64,000 bases of DNA from Mobula hypostoma (GCF_963921235.1 NC_086097.1:118856001-118920000); one strand, 5' to 3'. Positions 21,498 to 34,414 are shown, counted from the first letter of the stretch. The notes: a model not told the origin generated them from the sequence alone. Made by a program: numbers and translations.

Positions 21498-22010
21498 TTG
21501 CAGCACACACAGAGTTCTGGAGGAATTCAGCGGGACAGACAGCATCTATGGAAATGAATAAACAGTCGATGTTTTGGGCCGAGATCCTTCTTCATGACTG
21601 AGAAGGTAGGGGAAGGGGAAGGAGGCTCTGTGGTCGGGGTGAGGACATGGTTCAGGAGCTGGAGGGAGCAGGAACCATGGAGGGGGAGCAGGGAAAGAGG
21701 TTTACACTGAACTTCCGTTGAAAAGAAAATTTAAACTTCTTCAGGGTAGGTATCCCTTGAAGAGACTTTGCAGTGGAGCAGCAAATCATGAACATGAATA
21801 ATTTGGATGACAGAAAAATGGTGAAGGGCAGAAGGAATATGATAGGAGAGGAGGGTGGACTATAAGGGAAAGGGAAGGAGGACAGAACCCAAGGGGAAAT
21901 GATAGGCAGGTGAGAAGAAGTAAAATAAAGGAGTGGGGAATAGAAGAAGAAGGGAGGAGGAGGGAATTTTTTTTACCAGAAGGAGAAATCAGCATTCATA
22001 CCATCAGACT
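21498..22010 (-). mobile_element. PLE pLTR remnant with an internal unrelated or ORF-start segment (about 21625-21790)
   Basis: pLTR arm 21498-21620 with a decayed hammerhead (cagtcatgaagaaggatctcggcccaaaacatcgactg). The purine-rich pLTR body at 21820-22010 matches 28980-29190. Confidence 0.7.
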
Positions 22011-24210
22011 TGATCCAAGATCATCCTCAGGTCCAAATCCTTCCCATTCCACAAGGAACTCCTTAACACCCCAGAATTCTTTTTACCGTGAAAAGCTGTT
22101 TCCCATTGACAAATCTGGATGGCAGCTCAGCTGATGGCTTAATTTAGAAATATGGAAAGTGGGACTGATCTTGAGGGTCTTGGGGATCTGCAAAGTGTAA
22201 GCCACCAGGTTTACTTTCGTGAGAACCTTGAAGGATCCAATGAGCTTAGGCATCATTTTCCTAGACTCCACCCGGAGAGACAAATCCTGAGTAGACAGCC
22301 AGACCTGTTTCCCAGGTTATAAAGCTGGTCCCTGTCTTCTTTTGTGGTTAGCCTTTATTTCAGCCTTACAGGTAGAGGCCAACAAAATCTCCTATGCCCT
22401 AGTCCATCTACCTTGTAGTGTTGGATGAGATCTTTGTCTGCAGTAGCCCCAACCTCGAACTCCTCTTCAGGGAAGAGTGGTGGAGAATACCCAAACTGTC
22501 AGGCAAGTGGGGACATCTTTTGTACAGAATGCTGTAAAGTGTCGTGGGTGATCTCTTCTCAAAAAAAGTGGTTGCATCACTCATCTGGTCTTTCTGAGGC
22601 AGGGATCTTAGGGGTCATTCCGTATCCTAGTTCTTCCACTCTGTCTGGCTGTTGTACTGCAGGTGAAGTCCAGAGAAAAGAATCACTGTAACTCCAGTCA
22701 GCATATAGAACTCCTTCCAAAAATGTGTTGTGAATTGTGGACCCTGATCCGACACAATATCCATTGGAAATCCGTGGATCCTGAAGACTTGATGCAGAAC
22801 AATCTCAGCCATCTCCATCACTGACAGTAGTTGTCTAATGCACTGAATTTGCAAGCCTTTGAAAAACAATTCTCAATTACCCTGATGATACCTTGGAAAG
22901 TGGAAGACCCATGACAAAGCTCGTGTAGAAATGCACCCATGGTTTGTCCGGAACAGGTAAAAGGTGAAGGAGCCCTTGAGCATGGGTGTGGGTCTCTTTG
23001 TTCTTGGCGCACATCTTGCCTGTCTACACACATTGTTGGACCTCTTCAGCAATTCCAGGCCACCAGTATCTTCTCTTAATAACTTGAAAGTTCTGGCAAC
23101 CTTTGGGTGAGTGGCCATTCTAGATGTGCATCACCATTGAAGTAAATTTAGACCTGACTAAACTTGGGATGAACAGACAACAGGGAGGACCATTCTTGGG
23201 ACCTTGTGTCTGTGCTTTGAGAACAAGTGCACCGTCTCCCCAACAAATGGGTGCTATCAGCTTAGCTTGGGGCAAAATGGTGGTAGGTTGCTCCTTTCTG
23301 TTGGGTTTGTCAAACTGATGACTCAAGGTATCTGGTTTTTGATTATTTGATCTTCGTCAACAGGTCAGAACAAATTTGAATTCTTTAAAGGAAAAAGACC
23401 ACCTGGCCCTGACTGGAATTCAACCTTTCGGCCTCCAGACTATAAACCATGATTTGGTGATCTATCCATACAATATAAAGGATTCTTGGCCCCCTCAGTG
23501 ATGCCATTTCACCAATGCCAACTTGACCACGAGTGGCTCTCTATTTCCAATCTCAAAGTTCATCTCTGCCAGGGATAACTGCTTGGAGAAGAAAGTAAAT
23601 GGGTGCAGTTTATTGTCCGAAGGTCTCTGTTGAGACAACACTGCACCCATTCTGACATTCACCTTCATGATGAAGAGAAAGGTTAGGTGAAGCCAAAGTG
23701 GGAGCTGTCATGAACTACTGTTTGATTTCCACAAAAGCAGCCACCACCTCAGTAGACTGAACCAAAGGGCCCGTGGATCTCTTAGTACCGTCATTAGAGC
23801 CACCGCTGAGCTGAAGCTCCTAATGAACTTTCCGTAAAAGTTGGCAAATCCCAGGAATTGTTGGACATGTTTCACATTGGATGGCTGTGGCCAATCTCTT
23901 AATGCCCATGTCTTAGTAGGGTCCATCTTGAGATTGCCACTAGAGGTGATAAAACCCCAAAATAAAACGGTGCTTATGTGAAATATGGATTTCTCCAGCT
24001 TTACATCAATTCCATGATCTAGAAGTCCTTTTAAGATATCTCTTATGTGAGCAAAGTGCTCCTCCATGGATTAGGATTAGGATGTCATTCTAGTAGACAA
24101 AGACGTACTCATGGAAAACATCCCAGAACGTGTCACTTATAAAGACCTGTAAAACTGCTGGCACATTAACTAGGCCGAAGAGTACGACCAGGTACTCATA
24201 TTCTCCTGTT
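22010..24210 (-). pseudogene. pol: Ty3/Gypsy pol remnant (RT, RNase H, integrase, chromodomain)
   Basis: VQQFLGFANFYGKFI, VFRIHGFPMDIVSDQGPQFT, PKLIGSFKVL..YTLQIP..PTFHISKL (GPF/GPY region). Confidence 0.9.
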
Positions 24211-24414
24211 CCAATGAACAGGGGACCAATGAGCACTGAGTGAGGAAGCCGCAGAAGGATCCCAGGTCAGCGCCGAATCTCTCTGGGGTTGGAAGATAGA
24301 CTGACTCAGCAGAGCGACCGACAGCCTCACCCGAGCAATTCTGGCTTCCCCTTAACTATAGTTGGTGCATAGCAACCTGGCAGCAATGTATCTCCCAGTT
24401 TGTCATGAAATGAA

Positions 24415-24742
24415 TAAGTGGAACAGGTCAAAAACTTTAAGTTCCTCGAGGCCAATATCATGCAGAGTCCACTGCCAAGAAGGCCCACCAGTGTCTTTAC
24501 TTCCTGAGAAAACTAAAGAAATTTGGCCTGTCCCCTAAAACCCTCACTAATTTTTATAGAAGCATCGTAGAAAGCATTCTTCTAGGGTACCTCACAACCT
24601 GGTACGGAAGTTGTCCTGTCCAAGACCGGAAGAAGATGCAGAAGATCGTGAACACGGTGCAGCACATCACACAAACCAATTTTCCGTCCGTGGACTCACT
24701 TTACACCGCACGCTGTCGGAGCAGTGCTGCCAGGATAATCCA
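24415..24742 (+). mobile_element. Rex1/Babar-like LINE fragment
   Basis: KKAHQCLYFLRKLKKF...FYRSIVESIL...WYGSCPVQDRKKMQKIVNT; same family as 31335-31608. Confidence 0.8.
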
Positions 24743-24749
24743 GATAGGG

Positions 24750-25269
24750 CAAGGGAGTCTTGTTTCCAAAGGCTAAAATAAAGTCTAATTGCAGGAGAAG
24801 ACAGGAACCAGTTTTGCAGCCTGGGCAACAGGTCTGGATGTTGACTCAGGATTTGCCTCTCCTAGTGGAGTCCAGGAAGTTGGCGTCCAAGTTCATTTGA
24901 ACCAAGGTTCTCAGGAAAGCAAACCTGGTGGCCTACATCTTGCTGCTCTCTAAGACCCTCAAGATCAATCCGACTTTCCATGTTTCCAAATTAAAGCCTG
25001 TGAACACCAGCCCTTCAGCCTGACCACCACCAGTCCCACCGCTGCCCAGGTTTGTTGGGGAACAGGTCTTCACTGAGAAAAAAAAATTTAGATTCATGAA
25101 TGATTCAGTGTGTTTGGCAGTTCCTCAAGAACTGGGAGGGATTTGGACCCGAGGAACGGTGTCAAGTTCCTGAAAGGGGCATCTTGGATCTGGCTCTGAT
25201 CCATGACGACAATCATTGTCTCTCTGAGAAGCCAGAACCATCAGGAGATGGCCACTGGGGAGGGGATCC
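24750..25269 (+). pseudogene. pol: Gypsy integrase C-terminus/chromodomain and polypurine tract
   Basis: INPTFHVSKLKP and WEGFGPEERCQVP..ILD (chromodomain); PPT ggggagggga at 25257-25266. Confidence 0.8.
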
Positions 25270-25610
25270 TGTTATGACACGCACCCAACCACGTCAGCTT
25301 CCAGTGTTCAGACGCTCTAACTCCCCGGAGTATTCCTAGCTGGCATTGCAGCTTTAAATGTTCTGGACTCTTGGCAATCATGTTTTGGGTGCCAATAATT
25401 GAGTATTTAAAGCGTATCTGAACGGAACTTCAGTACTCAATCGTAAGCCTAACTAGTGATGTGTTCTAACGTTTGTTTTGTGCTCAGTTCTTGTTCCATT
25501 TTCACACTGTGTCTGGATCCTTGCTTCGAATATGCCAGCATCTGGGTCCAAGCCATCCTCGTCATGGACTCTCGTCACACAGACTCTTCCAAGTTACTCA
25601 ACTTTATATC
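25270..25610 (+). mobile_element. Gypsy 3' LTR (partial)
   Basis: Starts TGTTATGA a few bases after the PPT and has a TATA-like tatttaaa at about 25405. The 3' boundary is uncertain. Confidence 0.7.
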
Positions 25611-25614
25611 GTTC

Positions 25615-25742
25615 TACTAGCTTCACTTATCACCTGCCAGTTTGTCCTCCTCCTCCTCCTCCTCCCCCTTCCTTTCTAGTCCTGATGAAGGGTCTCAGCC
25701 CCAAAACATTGACTGTTTATTCCTCTCCATAGATGCTGGGAG
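25615..25742 (+). mobile_element. PLE pLTR fragment with decayed hammerhead
   Basis: agtcCTGATGAagggtctcagcccCAAAAcattgact; the G of GAAA is lost. Confidence 0.75.
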
Positions 25743-25879
25743 ACTTCATGTTTTCTGTGGAAAATTGTGTTAAACTATCATCGCAAACAAAGAAGAGACA
25801 AGCGAAGATGAGGCTGACATGAGGGTTGAGGCGTGAGAGTGGGATGCAAAGTCGGAGTGAGGTAGAAGTGTGTTCGAGG

Positions 25880-26510
25880 TGGAGTCAGAGATGGAGATAG
25901 TGTTGGGACATGCGAAGCGGGGAACAGTCAGAGCAGAGGAATTTTGGAGCCCGTCCACCTAAACCGAGGGTGAGGTTGGGTAAATCTAAACGCCGGGCTG
26001 ATTTGAAAAGGTCGGGAATGGGCTGAGAAGTGGTGACAGGTTCAGCCTCTGACGGGGTCTTGGTCACAGTGCGGGGGATGACGCAGTGTTCGGACAATTT
26101 AAACAATGGGCCAGGTGGACTGAAAAGGTAGGGATCGGGCCGGTTCTGCCTGCTGTTCTGCGACACTTACTCCGCTCTCCGTGACACTGACGCTGTGTCC
26201 CACTCTGGCTGCTCCTGGATTCATCTCTGCGAGACTGACGATGATTTGCTCCACTGTGTGATGAACTGAGGCTGTGGCTATGGGCTTGCTCTGGGCTTTA
26301 TGTCAATCCGCTCACTCTCGTTCTGAGTGCTGTTTTCTTGCTTCTATTGTTTGCGGGATTTGTGTTTTTTTCCTCTCTCTCTGTGCATTAGGTGTTGGTC
26401 TTTTTTTAAAGTGGGTTCTTTTGGGTTTCTAGTTTTGTGTCCGCCTAATTTCAAGGTTGTGTAACTTATACGTACTTTGATAATAGATATATTTTGAACT
26501 TTGGATTTTG
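25880..26510 (+). mobile_element. Non-autonomous retroposon with non-tRNA head and LINE-type tail
   Basis: Homologous by eye to the inverse of 55900-56500 (gtccacctaa..gggtg..aggttgg; ctgatttga; acaattt). Ends with the tactttgataat..tttgaacttt tail. Confidence 0.6.
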
Positions 26511-27169
26511 ACCTGCAAAATTCCTGCAGTATGCTTAAGTGTGTTGCATTGGAACAGTAAGACAATTCCCCTTGCAAGATACAAGCTGGCACAACCATAG
26601 AAACATTAACTTGAAATTCTTAGCAGATTATCTCATAATCTTCTTATTTATTTAATGAATCAGCCCATGTATTGGCAGTGTTATGGGTGACAAACTTGGC
26701 TTTCCACGCGTGAGCAATTTTCAAGTTGCTTGAGCTTTGGGAGATGAACTGTAAATTGAACAGTTTAAAATTTCTGTAGTATTGTAAGAACAGTGGATGT
26801 GTTAAGCTGAAAACAACTTTTTAATAAGGGCATTTCAAAATAAAATATTGTAACACTGACAAGTAAGTTGCAACACTACTTAGAGCACTTCATAATTAGT
26901 CATTTTGTTGACAATGTTTTTCCTCTGCCTGTGATACAAGTGTGATTCTTGCTATCCCTACTACTAGATAAAATAGTCCAAGCCATGTAGTTGATTTCAC
27001 ACTATTTAGAATGTAGTAATGGCGATTATGTAAAGTTGTAGCTCAAGACAAATCAGTCAGCATCTGGACTACTTGTTCAGGGGTTTGGAGGTACACAATG
27101 GGAGGAGATGGTGGGAATGTACATTTACCTGCCTGTAATTGGCCATTCACTCCAGTAGGCAGGAGATGT

Positions 27170-27460
27170 TCAAAGTTCCAAGTTCATTTACTTTCCAAGC
27201 ATGTACTGTACATGTCAACGTATACTACCTTGAGATTCATTTTCTTGTAGGCATATACAATAGAACAGAGAAATACAAAGGAATCAATGAAAATCTACAC
27301 ACAAGACTGTCACACAACCGATGTGCAAAAGAAGACAAACAGCAGAAATTATAAATTAATAAACAAACTAACTAACTAACTTACTAAATTTTTAATTGAC
27401 TAACTAACTAATTGAGAATGTTTATAGAGTCTTTGAAAGTGAGTCCATAGATTATGGCAT
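27170..27460 (-). mobile_element. LINE 3' tail
   Basis: ttcaaagttccaagttc...ctaccttgagattcattttcttgtaggca. Confidence 0.65.
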
Positions 27461-27824
27461 CCAGATGTGAAGAAGAATGAGTAAACTTCAGGACTCCTTA
27501 GATATTCTTGGGTATTCATCTTCATGCTCCAAAAGTCACCATCAAAATTTCCTGCAGCTTATTCCGGTCACCATGTTTCTCCCATCATGTTCCTGCTGTC
27601 AAACAGCAGCACAGTGCAGGATGTAAATATAAGCAAAGGTGGAGGGAGTTTTGCCTGTGATGGGCAGGGCTGCATCTACCATTTTCAGTAGCCTTTTCTG
27701 TTCCTGGGCATTGGTGACTTGTAAAATTACTTACAAGTACCTACAGCACACACACAGATACTCAAACCCACAGCTATCTATGTGGAATGAGCTGTAAATT
27801 ACTCCAGGAACTGTTGTTAATCTA

Positions 27825-28170
27825 AAACCATCAGGCTCCTGAGCTAGTGTGAATAACTTCCGTCACTTCAACACTGAATTGATTCCACAACCTATGGACT
27901 CACTTTCCAGGATTCTACAGCTTACGTTCTCAGTATCATTTATTTACTTATTGTTATTGGTATTGTTATTAATATTATTATGTTTTTTATTTGCACAGTG
28001 TGTCTTCTTTTGCACATTGGTTGTTTGGCAGTCTTTGTGCACAGATTTTTAAAAATTGGTTCTATTGTATTTCTTTGTTCCACTGTGAATGCCTGCAAGA
28101 AAATGAATCTCAAGGTAGAATATGGACATATATGTATGTGGATAAAAAATTCATTTTGAACTTTAAAGTT
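27825..28170 (+). mobile_element. LINE 3' tail
   Basis: ccatcaggctcctga...gcctgcaagaaaatgaatctcaaggtag...ttttgaacttt. Confidence 0.7.
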
Positions 28171-28759
28171 CATAAACTTTTGATACAACAGTAAAAAACT
28201 GAGCATTTCTGAGGTACTGTGAGGTCAGCATCTACAACAAAAATGTAGATAACCATGATCTGTTAGCTCATGGGCACCGCGGCACCAAGGGACTGACCTT
28301 GTTTCACTTTAGTACATAAACTGTCATGACTGGTGTAGCACTGGACATGAGGAAATGAAATCACTACACACCAGCATGGGTATTAATCATTAAAGGTGTA
28401 CTTTATGGATGGATTATATCAGCAGAAGAGCAGAGCAGAGATTGTAGCTTTGATCCAGATGAGAGAGAACTACCTCAATCTCAACTGCAGTGGGAGATAA
28501 ATTTTACATGTGTTTAGCCAGAGCTCCGAATGATTTATTCTTGTTCTCCTTCCCATGCCCCCACCTTCCATATATGTTAGCATAAAACTCACAATATAAA
28601 GAGACACTAGACTGAAAGAAATGCAGCAATGGCGATTGGATCTGGCCATATCTTCACTGTTGAAGATTTTCTGTTGGTGCTCACCTTTCAGATCATTCTA
28701 CATTTCTGTCAATAAAAGAGAACAAAATTGCACTAACCAGTCAATGTCCTTTCCTACAC

Positions 28760-29224
28760 ATGAGAACTTCTGCAAATGCTGGAGATCCAAAGCAACACAC
28801 ACAAAGTGCTGAAGGAACTCAGCAGGTCAGGCAGCCTCTATGGAAATGAATAAACAATCAGCATTTTGGACTGAGACCCTTCTTCAGGACTGAAAAGAAA
28901 GAGGAAAGACGCCAGAATAAAAAGGTATGAGGAGGGAAGGAGGCTAGTTAGAAGGTTTTGGGTGAATTCAGGTGGGTGAGAAATGTAAAGGCTTAGAGAA
29001 GAAGGAATCTGATAGAAGAGGAAAGTGGACTATAGGAACAAGGGAAGGAGGACGAGAGCCAGGGGGAAGTGATAGGCAGGTGAGAAGAGGTAAAAGGCCA
29101 GAGTAGGAATAGAAGAATTGAAAAAAGGAGGGGAGGGAGATTTTTTTACTGGAAGGAGAAATCAATATTCATGTCATCAGGTTGGAGGCTACACAAACGA
29201 AATATAATGTATTGCCCCTCCACT
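28760..29224 (-). mobile_element. PLE 3' end (last GIY-YIG codons + pLTR)
   Basis: Minus strand ..SLQPDDMNIDF plus a full pLTR; the hammerhead is decayed (about 28857-28891). Confidence 0.85.
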
Positions 29225-29404
29225 TTTCAGTATCCTGCCAATTATCAAATGGAAGAGATAATCTTATGATACCGATTATATTAAGTCTGATGTTTGATAA
29301 GACTTACTGCTCTTTGGATCACAGTATAATGCTCATGATGAAATGAAAGCAGTTACCTCCAATGCCAAGACAGATTCCATCCAAGAGTGTCAGATATAAT
29401 ACTG

Positions 29405-29660
29405 AGATCAGAGTCAGAATCAGAATCAGGTTTACTATCACTGACATGTGTGGTGAAAGTTGTTTTGTGCTAACAATACTGCGCAAGACCAATAAAAATA
29501 CAAACAAGTAAATGAAGTGAACTAAATTGTAAATAAGATAGATAGATAGATAAATGAATAATGCAAAAGCAGAATAGTGAGCAAGTTTTTATGAATTCAT
29601 AGTCCATTCAGAAATATGATGATGGAGGAAAATAAGCTGCTCCTAAAACATTAATGATGT
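29405..29660 (-). mobile_element. LINE 3' tail with (CTGATT)n end
   Basis: (aatcag)n followed by gtttactatcactg; same family as 57249-57535. Confidence 0.6.
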
Positions 29661-30471
29661 TTGTTATGCTCCAGTTATAACAGCAGTAGGACAGCATTGC
29701 AGTGTTCCTCAAGTGTAGCTGATTGACAAAATCATGCAAAGATGCTTCAGTGGAGGGTCTTACACATATTATAAGGTCAAGTGCAGACTGATTGCCAGAT
29801 GCTTCCAGTTTGCTGTCATTCACAGCTCCTGTCAGCTCATGCCAGCCTGAAGGATAACTTAATAATTTACAGGTGACACATGCCACAGAGTGGTATCAGG
29901 CACAAGCAACTTCCAACAAAGGATATCACTATCTCTACATGACCTTCAATTATTTTGACAATCACATGTCAGCTATTGTTATCAAGAAATTTAACTGGAA
30001 TATTCATATTAAACCCATAGATTAAAAAAGACTGACAAGTAGAAGGTGAACTATTTGTAATAACGCTCTCAGCTCCTGACTCCCAAAGAAAATATCTATC
30101 ATTTTTGAGGCTACTGTTAGAAATACAGATGAATTACTCGCCATTCACTTGAACAGGAGCAGTAGGAGTATTTAAGAAGCTAAACTCTGGCCAGAACTAA
30201 GGTATGTGCTCCCTCAGAATGTACATTTTTAATGTGAAGAATTTGTCCTTGTCTTAAGACGGGAAAATTTGTATCACCCATTTACATTTACAAGACAAAT
30301 TCAATCCTGTCATCTAAGGAGAGTTGAATAGCTTCCACTTACATAGACCCTTTAATGTAAAACAAATATTGGGAGATGCTTTATAGTATTAAAAAACATA
30401 GGATTTGGGGGTAGATGAACATTTGTAGGTGCAGGATGTAGCTTTCAAGAATTGGAAAGCTGTTGCTTTTA

Positions 30472-30770
30472 AGGGTGGCATGGCAATGTAGAAGTCAGCC
30501 ATAAGATCAGGGTTCAATTCCCACTGCTGTCTGTAAGGAGTTTGCACACTCTCCCTGTGACCATACGGATTTCCTCTGGGTGCACCAGTTTTCTCTCACC
30601 TTCTGAAGATATACAATTAGGTTAGTGCGCTGGAGGCATGTTATTTTGGCACCCACGGCAAAACTTGTGGACTGTCCAGAACAATCTGTGGTGATTTGCT
30701 TTGACACAAACGAAGCATTTCATTATATGTTTCAATGTACATGTGACAAATCTTTAATCCTTTCAAATCT
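30472..30770 (+). mobile_element. V-SINE
   Basis: B box ggttcaattcc, ctgtctgtaaggagtttg, gatttcctctgggtgcaccagtttt, and tail tacatgtgacaaa. Confidence 0.75.
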
Positions 30771-30771
30771 T

Positions 30772-30920
30772 TAAACACAAGAGATTCTGAAGATGCTGAA
30801 AGTCCAGAGAAAAACACACAAAATGCTGAAGGAACTCAGGCAGCAATTATGGAGAGGAAGAAGCAGTTAACGTTTTGGGTTGTGATGTTCCACCAGGACT
30901 GGGAAGGAAAAGGGAAGACT
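30772..30920 (-). mobile_element. PLE pLTR fragment
   Basis: aaacacaagagattctgaagatgctg...aaatgctgaaggaactcaggcagca...caggact. Confidence 0.75.
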
Positions 30921-30945
30921 TTAAAAACTTACTTTATTCATAGTA

Positions 30946-32429
30946 CACTACTGTGCAAAATTCTTAGGCACATATAAAAAAATTCTATATAGCGAAGATG
31001 CTTTATAATGAATTGAAAAGTTTCTAAGTATCAAAACATTTACTATGAAGAGCAGTAAACAATAAAAATACTAAATCAAGTCAATATTTGGTGTGGCCTT
31101 TAAAACTTTACATTTTATACTTTATTGTCGCGAAAAAAATTAATACTAGAATGTACAATCATCACAGTGATATTTGATTCTGTGCTTCGTGCTCCCTGAA
31201 GTACAAATCAATAGTAAATATTAAAAATTTAAATTATAAATCACAAATAGAAAATAGAAAAGGGCAAGTAAGGTAGTGCAAAAAAAAAATGAGAGGCAGG
31301 TCTGGATATTTGGAGGGTACGGCCCAGATCCGGGTCAGGATCCATTCAGCAGTTTTGTCACAGTTGGAAAGAAGCTGTTCCCAAATCTGGCCTTACGATT
31401 CTTCAAGCTCCTGAGCCTTCTCCCGGAGGGAAGAGGGACAAAAAGTGTGTTGGTTGGGTGGGTCGTGTCCTTGATTATCCTGGCAGCACTGTTCTGACAG
31501 CGTGCGGTGTAAAGTGAGTCCAAGGACGGAAGATTGGGTTGTGTGATGTGCTGGGCTGTGTTCACGATCTTCTGCAGCTTCTTCCGGTCTTGGACAGGAC
31601 AACTTCCAAACTGCATAATTTCTCTTAGGTACACTGTCATGCAGTTTAATAAGAAAGTCAGCTGGTAGTCTGTTCGAGGCAACTTGGAGAACCTGCCACA
31701 GTTCTTCTGCAGATTTTGGCTGTCTTGCTTGCTTCTGTCTCTCAGGGTAATCCTAGACAGCTTCGATGATGCTGAGGTCAGGACTCTGTAGAGGCCATAC
31801 TATCTGTTGCAGAACTCCTTGTTCTTCTTTTCACTGAAGATATTTCTTTATGACCTTGGCCATGTGTTTGGGGTCACTATCCTGCTGCAGATTGAAGTTG
31901 GGACCAATCAGACAAGTCCATGATGGTATTGCGTGATCTGCTTTGTACTTCTCAGCACTGAAGGTTCGGCTAATTCTGGCTAGATCACCAAATCCATTCG
32001 CAGGAATGTAGCCTTAGACATGCAGGGAGCTTCCACTGTGCTTCACTGTTGGCTGCGGACACTCAGCTATGTAGTGCTCTCCAGCTCTTCTACAGACAAA
32101 CTGCTTCCTGTTTGAGCCAAATATTTCAAATATTGACTCGCCAGTCCAGAGCACTTGCTGTCATTGTTCAGCAGCTCAGTACCTGTGTTTTTGTGCAAAG
32201 GGGAGTCTCGTGCCTTTGTTTGCACTTTGCAGCAATGGCTTCTTGGCAGCAGCTCTTCCATGAAGACCACTTCAGACTGTAGGGGAACGTTCTAGTGGTT
32301 TCAGTGGGTTCAGACCTGACAGCAGTGCTGTACTTCTTCCGACTCAGAAGGGACGTCAGTTTGATGTATCTCTCTTCTGCTGCGATCTGTTTCTGTGGCT
32401 GGTGGCACCATTTCTGGTTCTCATCCTTA
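30946..32429 (-). mobile_element. Tc1/mariner transposon remnant (DD34E transposase pseudogene about 31625-32400; one TIR)
   Basis: TA followed by TIR cactactgtgcaaaattcttaggca. Minus-strand translation gives ERYIKLTSL, VLWTGESIFEIFG, TVKHSG, QQDSDPKH and WPLQSPDLSIIEAV. Interrupted by a LINE at 31105-31608. Confidence 0.85.
31105..31608 (-). mobile_element. Rex1/Babar-like LINE 3' end inserted in Tc1
   Basis: GSCPVQDRKKLQKIVNTAQHIT...PLPSGRRLRS...NSFFPTVTKLLN. Confidence 0.9.
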
Positions 32430-32650
32430 GGGTTGTGATGTTCCACCAGGACTGAAAAGGAAAAGGGAAGACTTTAAAAACTTACTTTATTCATAGTACA
32501 CTACTGTGCAAAATTCTTAGGCACATATAAAAAAATTTTATATAGCGAAGATGCTTTATAATGAATTGAAAATTCCCGTTTCTTAGGCACATATAAAAAA
32601 ATTCTATATAGCGAAGATGCTTTATAATGAATTGAAAAGTTCCCGTTTCT
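32430..32650 (+). repeat. Local duplication of 30877-31020 plus about 69-bp tandem re-copy
   Basis: gggttgtgatgttccaccaggactg...gctttataatgaattgaaaa is nearly identical at both sites. Confidence 0.9.
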
Positions 32651-32659
32651 TTGTGCTTT

Positions 32660-33325
32660 CAGTGGAGTAAAGGAAATTACAGTGGTATGAGAGAAGAGTT
32701 TGCCAAAGTAAATTGGAAGGTGATGCTGGCAGGGATGTCAGCAGAGCAGCAATAGTGTGAGTTTCTGGGAAAAATGAGGAAAGTGCGGGATAGATGATTT
32801 TCAAAAACAAAGAAATACTCAAATGACAAAATAGTGCAACTGTGGCTGCCAAGGAAGTCAAAGCTAATGTAAAAACAAAAGAAAGGGCATACAACAATGC
32901 AAAAATTAATAGTAAGACAGAAGATTGGGAAGCTTTTAAAACCCTACAGAGAGCAACTAAAAGAATCATTAGGGGGGAAAAGATGAAATACGAAAGCAAG
33001 CTAGCAAACAGTATCAAAGTGGATAGAAAAAGCTTTTTCAAGCACCTGTATGTAAAAAAATAAAAGAGAGTTGAGAGTGGATATAGGACCACTAGAAAAT
33101 TAAGCTGGAAAAATAATAGCGGGGGACAAGGAGATGGCAGATGAAGTAAATGTGTATTTTGCATCAGTCTTCACTAGTAGTGTGTCAGATGTTGAAGGTG
33201 CGAAGGAAGAGAAGTGAGTACAATTACTATCACAAGGGAGAAGATGCTCAAAAAACTGAAAGACCTAAGGATACATAAGTCACCCGGACCAGATTAACTG
33301 CACCCTAGGGTTCTGAAAGAGGTAG
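32660..33325 (+). mobile_element. CR1 ORF2 fragment
   Basis: KTEDWEAFK...YESKLANSIKVDRKSFF, then FASVFT and KSPGPD..HPRVLKEV. Confidence 0.85.
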
Positions 33326-34414
33326 AGGAGCTCACCTCCGTGCACAGGTGCAATGAAACACTTACTTACCACAGCATCATACAAGGAGCATATCCAAGAA
33401 ATATGAAAATAGTGCACATTGTTTTCAAGAGAACACTACCTGAACAAAAAATAAATCCAGTTTAGTGCAATATGGTCAAAGTAGTCCGAGTGTTAGGTTT
33501 TTGCCAGTTGTTTTGAGAATTGAATGGCTGAACGGAAGTAGCTATTCTTCAACCTGGTGTACTTCAACACAATAGGCAAATGGTCTATGTTTAATTGTTT
33601 TCTTCCCCCAGAATATTTTACAGCCCACAGTAGCTTTTTGTAAGCTTGCACACTAGAAGATTTAATCCATGTACTTAATTGAATGAAATACTAGGAAGAC
33701 AACAAATGTGATTTGGATATCTAGAAAGTTGTTGGAATTGACCTTTAGATGAATAACAAAGAAAGGGTTGACATTTAATCGGGAAACATTTTCTATGGAA
33801 ACATAGTGATGCTGTCACTTTATCAGACCCACGAAGCGTATTTGGTATACCATTCTGTGAATTATTGAGAAGGATTCATGTTAATTCTTTTCTCCTCTGC
33901 TTATTAAGGTAGCAGTTGACATTTCATAAGCCTCACAACAGAGGAGAACAGAATGATTTTTTTTCTTAAATTTGGATTTATGTTAATAAAGTCTTGTTCC
34001 TTCTTAGTGTGCTCAGTTTTCAAATTAGTGTCCCATTCCTTCAAAGATGCTGACACATTTAATGGTCCAAACTATTTATGATATCCCATGGTGTTTGAAA
34101 TAAGCAGTTCTCGACACTAGATATTGTTGGTATGTCATATGTCCGTCATTGTTGTGTGCAATTGTTTAACAGCAAACAGTCGCTGATGTGAAATCCTAAT
34201 ATGCCAAAGTTAAACACTACATGTTTTTCTTTTAAAAATACAACATGCCTTTTCATCATTGAAACAGACTATCAGAGCTCCGTGGCGTAGTAAATTTATT
34301 TCCTTCAATAATTATTGTTTGTAGCCCCTACAAATCTTCAATTGTGAAGTTGCAAGTTTGGTTGTTTATTGCCTATTTTCTTGAGCCTGCTCATGGCTGC
34401 ATGGTGTCTTAAAT

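Noticed and set aside
19059..25610. Related LTRs at 19059 and 25270 as the ends of one provirus
   Set aside because: The two LTRs are only loosely similar, and the main pol remnant between them is on the opposite strand.
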